A stretch of 63,513 nucleotides of DNA, counting the filler, from Lenisia limosa (Eukaryota > Protista > Breviatea): the NCBI GenBank assembly GCA_001655205.1. It is 13 parts of 13 records of this genome, joined end to end, with 100 filler letters (N's around TTAATTAATTAA, not from the genome) between each part and the next. Parts side by side here need not be neighbours in the genome. Positions count along the whole stretch, not along the records: positions 8,815 to 13,753 come from LPNZ01003184.1; positions 13,854 to 20,593 come from LPNZ01003499.1; positions 20,694 to 27,238 come from LPNZ01003391.1; 10 more parts are not named here. One strand, written 5' to 3'. Position numbers and translations under genes: made by a program. Each line of letters opens with the position of its first letter. The first letter of the stretch is position 1. The notes beneath the pieces were generated by a model, which made no database searches, had not been told where the DNA came from, and worked only from the letters and a program-made list of their open reading frames with translations. Below, one piece after another: positions 10,185-21,364 of this stretch.

Positions 10185-13100
10185 AATCTGAAGCGCCCGT
10201 TCAGCTTGTTATTTGGTGTTGATAGAAGTTCTGTGGGTACCAATTTTGTGACTTTTAAACAAAGGGGCTCCGACAAAAACAAAAATAAAAGGAAATGTGT
10301 ACAGGTACACAGTACCCAAGCAGTTCAAGAAGCAGTATGTACGGCACAATTAAGGCTTCATTTCAGTTCGGGAATATTATATCGATAGTTTTCGAGGATT
10401 TATCGAGCAATTCAGTCTTTTTTCGAACCGAAGTGAAGCCCTAGGTATGCATACAACTGTTGTTAACAGAGTTATTTTGGGGCTTTTTTTTTTGTTTCGT
10501 ACAATTCTCAATCTAACCCCTTAGATTGCCAAGCTTCGACAGAACCTTGAGGAGTCTCTAAACGCTGGAATCCTGCCCCTCATGGAATACATTAAGTCCT
10601 TCAAAATGGTGGGAACCGTGCCTTTTGAAAAGATTGTATTTTGATAAGATTGTATTTTGATGAAGATTGTATTTTGATAAGATTGTATTTTGATAAGATT
10701 GGATCGAAATGATGCGGTAAAGGGTAAATTGATAAGATATTAACACTGGGGATCAGGGCTTCCCTCCGGTTCCGATAATCCTAGAATATAATAGTGTTAT
10801 ATATCAGAGGGTTTATCATACATTTCTCTGAGTATCGACAAGAGACTAAAAACCTCAGATGAACCAGCCCCCCCCCCCCCCNNNNNNNNNNGGGGCAGAT
10901 CTAACAGATACAAAACCTATTGCAGCATTATAATCTTTTATAATGCGGTGCGATTTGTTACAGAGGCGCATGGACTTGGGATTCCCTTATATTATTTGGG
11001 AATCCCATACGTTTCTTCAAATTTCCATAAAATTCCATGGGATTCTACAATATGGGAATTCCATTGTTTTCACAAGAGTCCCAAGTCAATGCACTATAGT
11101 GATACTGCCAAAATGACATATTACCACAAAATGCATCAAGCTAGTCCAAATAAATCACAATCATAAACTAATAAAATACGTAACCTCTCCCATGCTCAAA
11201 ACTAGATCCTAGACTGTTCCTCCTAAAAGAATCAAACCAATTTAAAGCGGGGTATTTCCCTCCGACATCGTAACTGCCCCTGGAAGTCCCCCAGAGATAT
11301 ATTCGCGCCCTCCTCCCCCTCCAACTCCTTATGATATAGAAAAATAAGGCTGTATGTGGCCGAAGCCGTCCACNNNNNNNNNNATTTAGTTTGATGATGT
11401 GCTCAAACTGACCCCGTCACAATACAGCGCCCAACTTCGCGCTAATAACACGAGTGTTGCAGTGGGGGGGTTTGTTAGTTTCTTTATTTTAACAATCGTA
11501 TGAATTATTACCCCATCCGAACTTATTTTATAACACACATGAAAGCATTTTTTTTTTAATTCACCACCCCCTGCGAATCACTTTTCAAATTATTCAGTTC
11601 GTGATTAGTACCTCACATCGAAATTCCCTTCGTTTCACTCTCCCTCATCCCCCAGGATCTTGAGAAGGAAGTTCACCGTTTGAAAGGCCGAGCAGCCGAG
11701 ATCGAAGCTCTAGTCCCCCGTCACGCCCATATCATCGCTTTCCAGGTAGGGCTTCACTTTGGTCAGGAACTATCGATAAAATATCGAAAGTTTTCGAGAA
11801 TTTATCAAGAAATTCAGTGTTTTTTTTCGAACCGAAGCGAAACGCTTCTTCCAGATCGAGGGAAATCGGGTTGAGCTGCTGAGAATTAATTTTGAAGCAA
11901 TAGTAGATTTTTCATTTCATATAATTTCCTTTTTACACAGCGGGTGATCACGTCTTCTTTTCATAATTTAACTCTGCAGGTGAACGCCTCTTCGGTGCGC
12001 AAGTGGCTCATTGACAGATGCCTTGCCCTCGCCAACACAGCTATGGATGAGGTCGGCTGGGCTTTCTGAGTAAATTTCAGGGGGCTTGGTCGGGAATTAT
12101 TATCTTATACACTGACCGCGATAAGTCCTGACATGGAAATTGAGCTTTCTTTTTTGTCAATTATGTAACCCTGTCCGAGTCGGGATGCGGGGCTGCAGCA
12201 TCGACTGGCCTGGGCTTTTTTTGTTTTGTTTTTGTAACAGAGTTGATTTTGGGCTTGTTTGTTTCATAAATTTTCTAATTCTCCACATCATCCCCCACCC
12301 ACAGGTTCTTCGTATCGCTAGGACAAAGTGTGACACTGTGTCTGGCGCCTTCACTGCCATCTTCAGGAGGCTGCAGGTTCACAGGATATTGGTTGCTGCA
12401 GTGTGGAACTTTTTTGCTGATGATGACAGTGACTGGGATAAGTCATGATCTATTTTCCCTTGGAAATCACATAGTAAATCAGTAAGACTTATCCCGGTCA
12501 CTGTATTTTGAAAGAAATTCAAGCGACACTCTATTGTGTGGAAATTTATGTTAAAGTCCCCCCTCACCCTCGCAACAATCAACAGATTTAATTTTGGGAT
12601 TTTTTTTTTGTTATTGCACAAATATTCTAACTTCCTTCTTGTGATACTGTGGTAAGGTGACACTTAATTCTTTGTTTGTGGGTGTCATTTTCTCCCCACT
12701 TAGTACGTAATAGGAGGAATTGAGACTTTGACACCCGAGGTTGTTTGTTCAATATTTGTTGTTCTATATCTCGAATAAAAGCGATATTAACCACACTTTT
12801 GCAGCTAAATCGTGTTTTGTTTTATTCATCCCTCCTACACGATTCGGTTCGTGATATTACCTTTATGCCAGTATTCTTCATCGAAATTTCCTTCGTTTTA
12901 CCCCCTTTCCCTCTCGCTCAACCCTCGTGTGTTGCCAACAGAGTTGATTCGGACTTTTTTGTTTCATATGTTTTCCAATTTCACTCCCCCCCCCCCACTT
13001 GCAGGATCGNNNNNNNNNNNNNNNNNNNNNNNNNNNNNNNNNNNNNNNNNNNNNNNNNNNNNNNNNNNNNNNNNNNNNNNNNNNNNNNNNNNNNNNNNNN

Positions 13101-13753
13101 NNNNNNNNNNNNNGATGAAATGCGTCTCATGCCTTCCAAGGTGGGAGAGGAGAAGGGCATGGCTGAAAGGAGGCAGTTGAAACTGACACCCCCACCCCCC
13201 AGACCCTCGTGTTTTTTCAGCCAACAGAGAGTGGATTGTTTTTTGTTTTTTTTCATAAATTTCCAAATTGTACTCCCCATCCATATCAGTCCTTTCTACC
13301 CCCACCCCCATAGATCCTTCAGCCCCAGGTTTATCTAACCCCCCAGATTGTTCAGCTGCAGTCCGATACGGAGGCGATGCTCGCTGACTATGCAGTCGTT
13401 GACAATAACCTTGTTAATCTCAGGTATGACAGGACAGGGATACATTTTTTTTTTGTTTTGCTTTACTTAATATTCAACTTTCTATTGAATTGTCGACTGA
13501 TCCCGTAGTTACGAGGACTTCAATGCAAGATGGGGGGCTGTGGCCTGGCCTGTCAGAATCTACAACCAGGTAAGGGTTTATTATTTTGTACTGCTTTTAA
13601 CTAGCATTGTATTTTCAGAACAATCGATATTCGCTGACCTTCCAGATGACAGAGACGGAAATCCAACTTGAGAGAGACACTATCCGCTTCCAAAAGGACC
13701 TTGTCACCGACCAGGAAGTTTTCGCCCAAAGAGTGGAGGAAATTCAGAGGACC
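10185..13753 (+). CDS. DNAH1: Axonemal inner-arm dynein heavy chain, DNAH1-like, tail fragment
   Basis: Spliced exons give IAKLRQNLEESLNAGILPLMEYIKSF ... LKGRAAEIEALVPRHAHIIAFQVNASSVRKWL ... VLRIARTKCDTVSGAF ... NLSYEDFNARWGAVAWPVRIYNQMTETEIQLERDTIRFQKDLVTDQEVF. This matches the recalled DNAH1 tail (NLSxDDFNDKWIASNWP). Truncated at the linker. Confidence 0.75.
10628..10700. repeat. Tandem 16-17 bp repeat AAGATTGTATTTTGAT x4.5 (intronic)
   Basis: Visible directly. Confidence 0.9.
10968..11092. mobile_element. MITE family F (~125 bp)
   Basis: Inverted ends GCATGGACTTGGGA...TCCCAAGTCAATGC with GGGAATCCCAT internal motifs; related copy ~62585-62690. Confidence 0.6.
12184..12304 (+). repeat. Family A dispersed intronic repeat (acceptor-terminal), representative copy
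   Basis: Consensus GATGCGGTGCTGCAGAAGCGACTGGCCTGGGCTTTGTTGTTATCAACCCTCGTGTGTTGTCAGCCAACAGAGTTGATTTTGGGCTTTTTTTGTTTCATAAATTTTCCAATTTTACCCCC..AG. Other copies (+): 12918-13004, 13203-13285, 18676-18752, 19158-19258, 19440-19510, 20547-20593, 36446-36573, 45471-45591, 47710-47790. Copies (-): 39348-39490, 40527-40641, 42845-42932, 43847-43887, 53844-54015 (two), 59460-59525. Confidence 0.9.
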
Positions 13754-13853
13754 NNNNNNNNNNNNNNNNNNNNNNNNNNNNNNNNNNNNNNNNNNNNTTA
13801 ATTAATTAANNNNNNNNNNNNNNNNNNNNNNNNNNNNNNNNNNNNNNNNNNNN

Positions 13854-16405
13854 ATCTCTCTGGAACTTGATGTCGAGGTAGGCGTCAAAGGTGCCATCAC
13901 GGTGGCAGTCCGTGGTGTTGTGTTCAAGGCCGAGAACTTTGACCTTAAAAATAAGATAATAAAAAGAGAATTTTGATCGATATTTTCACGGTCTTTTTCA
14001 GACCAGAGACAAACCCTTAATATGATATATTCCTANNNNNNNNNNNNNNNNNNNNNNNNNNNNNNNNNNNNNNNNNNNNNNNNNNNNNNNNNNNNNNNNN
14101 NNNNNNNNNNNNNNNNNNNNNNNNNNNNNNNNNNNNNNNNNNNNNNNNNNNNNNNNNNNNNNNNNNNNNNNNNNNNNNNNNNNNNNNNNNNNNNNNNNNN
14201 NNNNNNNNNNNNNNNNNNNNNNNNNNGACGTCCGGCTGGGTTTTCCTTCTAAATGCCCCGGTAAAATAATGGCTGGGGGGTAGAGGATAGAAGTAAGTAA
14301 CAGCAAAGATTTGGTCTCCTTTTCAAAAAGAAATTACATCATAGAGTAAGGGTGGTCATCCAAACCATATATCTTTCTCTAAGGGGGAGTCCCTCAGCGG
14401 GGGAGAAGGTATACATACCGGGGGGGGGAGATCAGGGTGATCGGTATACATGGTGGTGGAGTTTTATAGAATTTTAGGCGAAATGGCAAAAATACTCTTA
14501 ATCGCATAGAAACTGTTTTGAGCTACAAAAACAAAGCCAACTTTTACACAAGAAGTTGTTCATGGAAATTGGTAGTGATTAACAGGATCGCTATCCTCTT
14601 ATAGCTCTTGAAGAAGAAGTCCAAACCAAATATTGATTTTTGTTGGTATTTTTTAATGGTCAAAAAAGTATACATAACTAGGGAGGGTGAGGTCAAATGT
14701 GTACACAAAGGTTATATAGGGATCTACCAGGGGGGGGGGGTCCAAATGATAAGTTATATAGTTTGGACCACCCTAACATACCATAAAATACAACCCCTTC
14801 ACTTGGGTTCGAAAAAGACCGGGAAAATATCAATATTTATCGAGGATTTATCGAGAAATTCAGTCTTTTCTTCTAGTTATACACCCCATTGTCATAGAGC
14901 TGGAGGTCTCATAATATATAGTAGTATAAACTGGCTGAGATCTGACCTGACACCAAAACTGCGTTTCATATTTAGTCAATTGTGTCAGGACTTATCCTAG
15001 TCACTATATCTAGAAAAAATGATATTGTATCTGATATTTAGTAACTATATACATACATAATAGACCCAGTTACCCCTCACCTTGTCGTAGAGCTGCAGAT
15101 CCTGCTGGACCGGTCCGGTTGCCAGGGTGTGGAGGCTGGTGAAGCATTGGCCCTGGGTATTGTGAATATGGGGTATAACTTTAGTATATCAGATATTATT
15201 CGATATAGCAATGAGAAAAAAATAAAATANNNNNNNNNNNNNNNNNNNNNNNNNNNNNNNNNNNNNNNNNNNNNNNNNNNNNNNNNNNNNNNNNNNNNNN
15301 NNNNNNNNNNNNNNNNNNNNNNNNNNNNNNNNNNNNNNNNNNNNNNNNNNNNNNNNNNNNNNNNNNNNNNNNNNNNNNNNNNNNNNNNNNNNNNNNNNNN
15401 NNNNNNNNNNNNNNNNNNNNNNNNNNNNNNNNNNNNNNNNNNNNNNNNNNNNNNNNNNNNNNNNNNNNNNNNNNNNNNNNNNNNNNNNNNNNNNNNNNNN
15501 NNNNNNNNNNNNNNNNNNNNNNGCGGTACACAAAGGACTTGGACTCTTTCCATTGGGGGTTAAGACCTAAAATATCAATATTGCCTATTAATGTTGCCAA
15601 TAAATGTCCAATACCGACCCTTGCGCCACCTCTAAATAAGAAATCCCCACTTCAAATGTATTCGAAAAAAAAAAGAGAAGAAAAGACCTCCCTTCCCCTC
15701 TTTATTTTACCAGGAAAATAGCTATGGTATCTAACTATTACCACTGGAAAGCAACTGAAGTAACAATATTGTTTTTATAACCCAAAATAGTAGGGGCCGG
15801 TTCTTCCGCGGCCATGGCCTCCCTTCCCACTCTTGCTCTTGTAGTTTGACTTGAACTTCTCGAAGTTATCAAAGTTGAACCTAAACAGGGTGTTAATTCA
15901 AGGAACATGAACACTGATAAATAACGTGAATTTCTGAAAATAATTTCCGATTAGAGTGAAATTGTAAATTATCGGTATGTAAGGAATATAATATTGATGT
16001 AATGATGATTAATATAACATGAAAAATACGATTATAGGAAAATAATCTTGTAAAAGTGAAGAAATTACAATGATAGTGATGCCAAGAGTAAGGCCCGAAA
16101 AGAGGAAGATCAAAGAAAATTCCTGGAAATTTCCCCAGGTGGCCGCACTCACTTGAAATACGGGTCGCTGTAACCATTGGAGTCTAAAAGCGTGAGGAAA
16201 GCAGAGGGGCTTCCACTACAACCCTAACATGACGAAACCATAAAAGGATTGCAAGTATCTGTCTTTACAGCAAATAAATATTTCCATGCTGTTCCATTTA
16301 TCGTTCAAGGTACGGGGGACGAGGAATACCTTTAGCAGTCAAGTTGTAGCCGCGGAAGTCGCTCAGAGAGACGTAATAATAAGATGGCGCTACCTTATCT
16401 GTCAT
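13854..16405 (-). CDS. C2-domain (Ca2+/phospholipid-binding) protein, 3'-truncated
   Basis: Exons MTDK, DFRGYNLTAK, LDSNGYSDPYFK|gtgagt, NPQWKESKSFVY, GQCFTSLHTLATGPVQQDLQLYDK|gtgagg. DxNGxSDPY and NPxW.E.F are C2 hallmarks. Confidence 0.7.
14350..14773. mobile_element. MITE family E copy 2 with TAA target-site duplication
   Basis: TAA|GGGTGGTCATCCAAACCATATA ... TATAGTTTGGACCACCC|TAA. Confidence 0.8.
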
Positions 16406-16614
16406 TTTCACACGTTGAAAAGGTTGATTTTTCATTGCTCGTTTATAGAAATTTTGTAATCAAAAGCAATCGTTTAAAAGCTGGAAAATGATATTTCGTC
16501 TCCCCCCCTCCCCTTTCCAAGTATAAACAGTAGTAGCAGCATCGCTAAACATAGATTCATTGATTTATCAAAAAAAACCAAAGAAGACACCTGTTTCTCG
16601 GAATCATTATTCTG

Positions 16615-19600
16615 ATGATGCGATCGGTGTTCCTCCTACTCTCCCTGGTTCTTCTTGCCGCTGCTTTTGAAGGGAAGAAATACACTTGCAAGCGCACTGG
16701 CAGCGCCACATCCCCAGCAGACAGCGCTGTTCCATGGGCCGCGATCGGCGAGTTAGAAGGTCAGTGTTATAACAGATATCCGTAGGTTCTCGAAAGTTCT
16801 TTGAGCGGTTGAGTATTTAAGGTCGATTAGTTCATGGGGGCGGTTAGTGATTTATAGAGATTGAAAGATAGGCTCTTGTCAACAGATTTTGGGTGGTATT
16901 GTGGTGTCGGCGCTTTTATTTCCTTGAGGTTGTGAGTGAGGTGTCGGCTCTGAATATTACCAGCTTTCTTGCTTTCTTGCAAACTTGTTTACTTTGTGGA
17001 TGTTTTTTTGCTATATATTGAACCCCCCCCCCCCACNNNNNNNNNNNNNNNNNNNNNNNNNNNNNNNNNNNNNNNNNNNNNNNNNNNNNNNNNNNNNNNT
17101 CCTGAGCTTCACTTTTCCAATAAAAGTCTGACTTATCGATAATTCTCGATAAATATCGATATATTTCCGATAAATATCAATAAATTTCCGATAAATATCA
17201 ATAAATTCCCGATAAATATCGATAATTTTTGTGGCCTTTTGTTATGTTTCCTGATTGTATTGATAAATCTGTTGCTTTTCTTCTTTATTCCGGTTCCAAA
17301 AGACCAAAATCTGATACTTCCCGGGAAATTATCAATAATAATCCCTGCTTTTTTTCTGATACTTAACATTCAAAGAGATCATGAATTCTAAACAAAAATG
17401 TTTATTGTAATTATTTTGCAAACCCCTGCCGTTATTTTATATTTGTCAGGGCAAATTAATTAAGTTCTATTAGAATGTTGGGGCAAGTTGTTTTTATTTC
17501 CCATTTATTCCAATATTATATTGGGCAAATAACAGGGTACAGCCTCAGAGTAGATTTTCCGACATGGTATCACTGTCATTCAAATGATATAACTACACTA
17601 TTAATAGTTATTTCTCCATACTAACTATTAACTACTAATACCAGTTGCAACTTTCTCCTTAAAGCAGATAGAGAGATATTTAAACGGTCTAATATCCTAA
17701 TAGAGAGATAAAAATAAAACAGGTGCATTTTCATCCTGCTTCCGATCTTTTACAGAGAGATTATATTAATCTTACCAATCATATGAAAATTAACCAAAAC
17801 GGTACTATGAGACCGGATTTCTCGATAAATCCTCGATAAACATCGATATTTTAACGGTCTTTTTCGGACCGTAGGGAACCCCCAATCTGATCTTATCCAG
17901 AACGTTACTATGAGACCGGATGGGGCAAGCTAGTGCTCACCACGAACCCGGACGTGAGTGCCGAGGACCAGGCCTATTGCGCTGGTTTCACTGAAGGCTA
18001 TTTAACGTAGGGGGGGGGGGGNNNNNNNNNNNNNNNNNNNNNNNNNNNNNNNNNNNNNNNNNNNNNNNNNNNNNNNNNNNNNNNNNNNNNNNNNNNNNNN
18101 NNNNNNNNNNNNNNNNNNNNNNNNNNNNNNNNNNNNNNNNNNNNNNNNNNNNNNNNNNNNNNNNNNNNNNNNNNNNNNNNNNGTCGTACTACAACTTCTA
18201 CCAAGATCTTTTTATGGTGAGGCCAATAACTGACTATAATATGTCATGACAGAATGTTTTACTAAATGTGTGTTCCTCGCCCTCCCTCCTTGATTAGAAT
18301 CTTTACGTCAATATTCTTTCCTTCTTACCCCCTCCCCTAGACTTTGGACTGCGAATGTGTTCCTGAGGGCTTGAGACACTATTTCGAGAGACAGCTGACA
18401 TTCTTCAGAGTTGGGGGGGGGGGGGTTCAGNNNNNNNNNNNNNNNNNNNNNNNNNNNNNNNNNNNNNNNNNNNNNNNNNNNNNNNNNNNNNNNNNNNNNN
18501 NNCTTCTTTGCCAAATCTGAAACCTCTTCTTTACTCAATCTTAGAACTCAAATGACAAGGCTATGAAGCTTCTCGATACCCAAATTACCACTATGCGTGA
18601 GGGGTTGGTGGCATCAAGATAGCTTTCAAAATTACTTTTTTAAAAACAATATTACGTTGTTTGTTTGTTGTTTGCAATCCTCGTGTATTGCTAGCCAACA
18701 GAGTTGATTTTGGGTTTTTTTGTTTCATAAATTGTCCATTTTTACTCCTCAGATTTCGCGGCACACCAACAGAACTCCACCGTTCCTGAGGATTTCCTAA
18801 TGTTTTACATGTACCTTTCCGCAGCTGACCTCTACGAACTCATGTAGGAGGGAGTAAACGGTTCACTTTTTGGATGGCAACATCTTGGCTTGGGGTATTA
18901 AAAATAAGATAAGGGGATTCCTGTCTCTTTATGCTCATAAATTAGCAGATTATTCATGTTTATATTCATATATTCACGGATTTATTTTCCTTTGAGCTAT
19001 TTAATTCACGGATTTTAAACGGCATCAATCACACTTCCCCAGTCCCCTGTACGCTCCAGGCCAGAAGGCGCATAATAGCTACATGGAAGCCCCTGGAATG
19101 TTCCACGAATGCAGCTCGATGATCAAGCGAATTGATGGTAAGGGATAATATTGAAAAGTGGCCTGGGCTTTGTTGTTATCAACCCTCGTGTGTTGTAAGT
19201 CAGAGTTGATTTTGGGCTTTTTTTTGTTTCATAAAATTTTCAATTTTATTTTCCACCCTATTTTTTTTATTATTTCTCATTGCCATTGTGTAGGATACAG
19301 GTGTAATATGAACAATCCTACCCCCACCTCAGGACCATATTATGTATTCATCAGTATCGTCATATAATACAGCACATAGAAAAACTATAGTCTACATTCC
19401 ACCCCCTCTATATTATCTTTATCATCCTCTCTCAAATCTGTTGCCAACAGTGTTGACTCTGTGATATTTTTTTTTGTTACATTTATATCCTAATTTTACC
19501 CCCCCCCCCCNNNNNNNNNNNNNNNNNNNNNNNNNNNNNNNNNNNNNNNNNNNNNNNNNNNNNNNNNNNNNNNNNNNNNNNNNNNNNNNNNNNNNNNNNN

Positions 19601-20593
19601 NNNNNNNNNNNNNNNNNNNNNNNNNNNNNNNNNNNNNNNNNNNNNNNNNNNNNNNNNNNNNNNNNNNNNNNNNNNNNNNNNNNNNNNNNNNNNNNNNNNN
19701 NNNNNNNNNNNNNNNNNNNNNNNNNNNNNNNNNNNNNNNNNNNNNNNNNAGAGTGGTGTTTGGGTGATTTTTGGATAACCAGGTTATCATCACATCGTGA
19801 ACTTGGCTATAATTTTAAAAACCCAATATTAAACCACTTTAGCACTACAACCTTGCTTTCATGCACAACACGTACCACTTCTCCTCTATGCCCGCTTTCC
19901 CCTTCTCAAAGGTTTGGATCGTTTGATGCTTCTTTTTTTCTCTTTTTTTTGGCTTGGCAAAGTTGTGCCCTGTTTGCTGGTGTTTTTGTTGCTGTTTCTT
20001 GTTTGATACTCTGATACACTCGGGATAAACCCTTGTGCTATTTTCGTTTATCAATTCGACATTTACAATGTTTAGTCAATCGTGTCGGGACTTATCCCGG
20101 TCCCTGTTTATATTGATATCTATCGATATATATATATAGCTATATACATGTGCTATGTGGAATTATGTACATAGTCTACATATACAACATATCATGTTTT
20201 TTTGGGCATATTAAATAAATCTTGAACATACGAATACATACGGATACCCTAAGCAAATCACCATATATCACGGGGCACACCTTCTCCCTCACACTACTCC
20301 TAGCTATAGCTGGGTGGGGGGTTCAACGTATGCTTTCTTTCTTTAGGCGTTGTTCTTTTTCCAAACTTATAATTCTTTGATGTTGAACAAACTAACATTG
20401 CTAGGATGACTTCTACACCATGGACAACGGAATGATTGTGATGGTGGGTGCGAGGAATTTCTTCTTTCATTGTGGTACAAAACAGTGATTGAAGTATACC
20501 TTCTTTGGTTATTGTGCCCAGATAGATTATATCTAACCTCTGCAGGTACGCTGGAATGATGTAATGCGGTGCTGCAGAAGCGACTGGGATTTG
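16615..20593 (+). CDS. Phospholipase B-like protein (PLBD/laminin-A Ntn-hydrolase family), 3'-truncated
   Basis: Signal peptide MMRSVFLLLSLVLLAAAF; ETGWGKLVLTT...DQAYCAGFTEGYLT (~17900-18006); HECSSMIKR (HCSALIK-like, ~19100-19138); DDFYTMDNGMIVM (~20407-20445). Confidence 0.8.
17130..17228. repeat. Tandem ~21-bp repeat CCGATAAATATCAATAAATT(T/C), same motif as the MITE-D core
   Basis: Visible directly in the first PLB intron. Confidence 0.7.
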
Positions 20594-21364
20594 NNNNNNN
20601 NNNNNNNNNNNNNNNNNNNNNNNNNNNNNNNNNNNNNTTAATTAATTAANNNNNNNNNNNNNNNNNNNNNNNNNNNNNNNNNNNNNNNNNNNNTTTATTG
20701 AACAAGTGTTGAAAAAGCTACGAAATGTAATATTACAAATCCAATTGTAACACTATGGACCTGTAGAATACAATTTAGTAATTTAGTCCTATCATGTAAC
20801 AGATTTGTCATAATTGTATCACTACACCCGTTTGTTCATCTCTGACCCTGCAGTCCACCCCAATTGCATTATTCGCCTTTGGAGTACTCGGAGCAGCCGT
20901 CATCATCGTTCGTATGGGGGCTGATACCAAAAAGGCCCTCTCTTTTTCCAATCTTAAAATGAACATACTTTTCTTACAGACAGCCTCTAATTCTCACACT
21001 TCGGTCATCCAGTCTCAGCATTGACCTTCCAGCTTGTGTGCGTTATAAGCCTCGAATTCAGTATGACGAGATTCCGGCTGAAGAAGCGCTCGATATTTAA
21101 AATGTCTTGTATCTATGGTAACACTGTTTCTATTTATTCTACCAAGTATTATTACCGCTTAAAAACAACCTGACTGGGGATCTCATCATAGTTCATAAAG
21201 GGGGTTGCTTCAATTTATTGAACAAGTGTTGAAAAAGCTACGAAATGTAATATTACAAATCCAATTGTAACACATTTCGAATTATCAGAGCACACAAAGA
21301 CATAAACAAAGAGTTATTCGAAATCAAGAAACAAGCATTTGATGGGTCCACACCAGTCTTCGCC

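Noticed and set aside
13754-13853. Synteny or clustering of genes across segments (e.g. dynein next to the C2 gene)
   Set aside because: Dynein lacks thousands of codons at the join, so neighbouring segments are not demonstrably adjacent.
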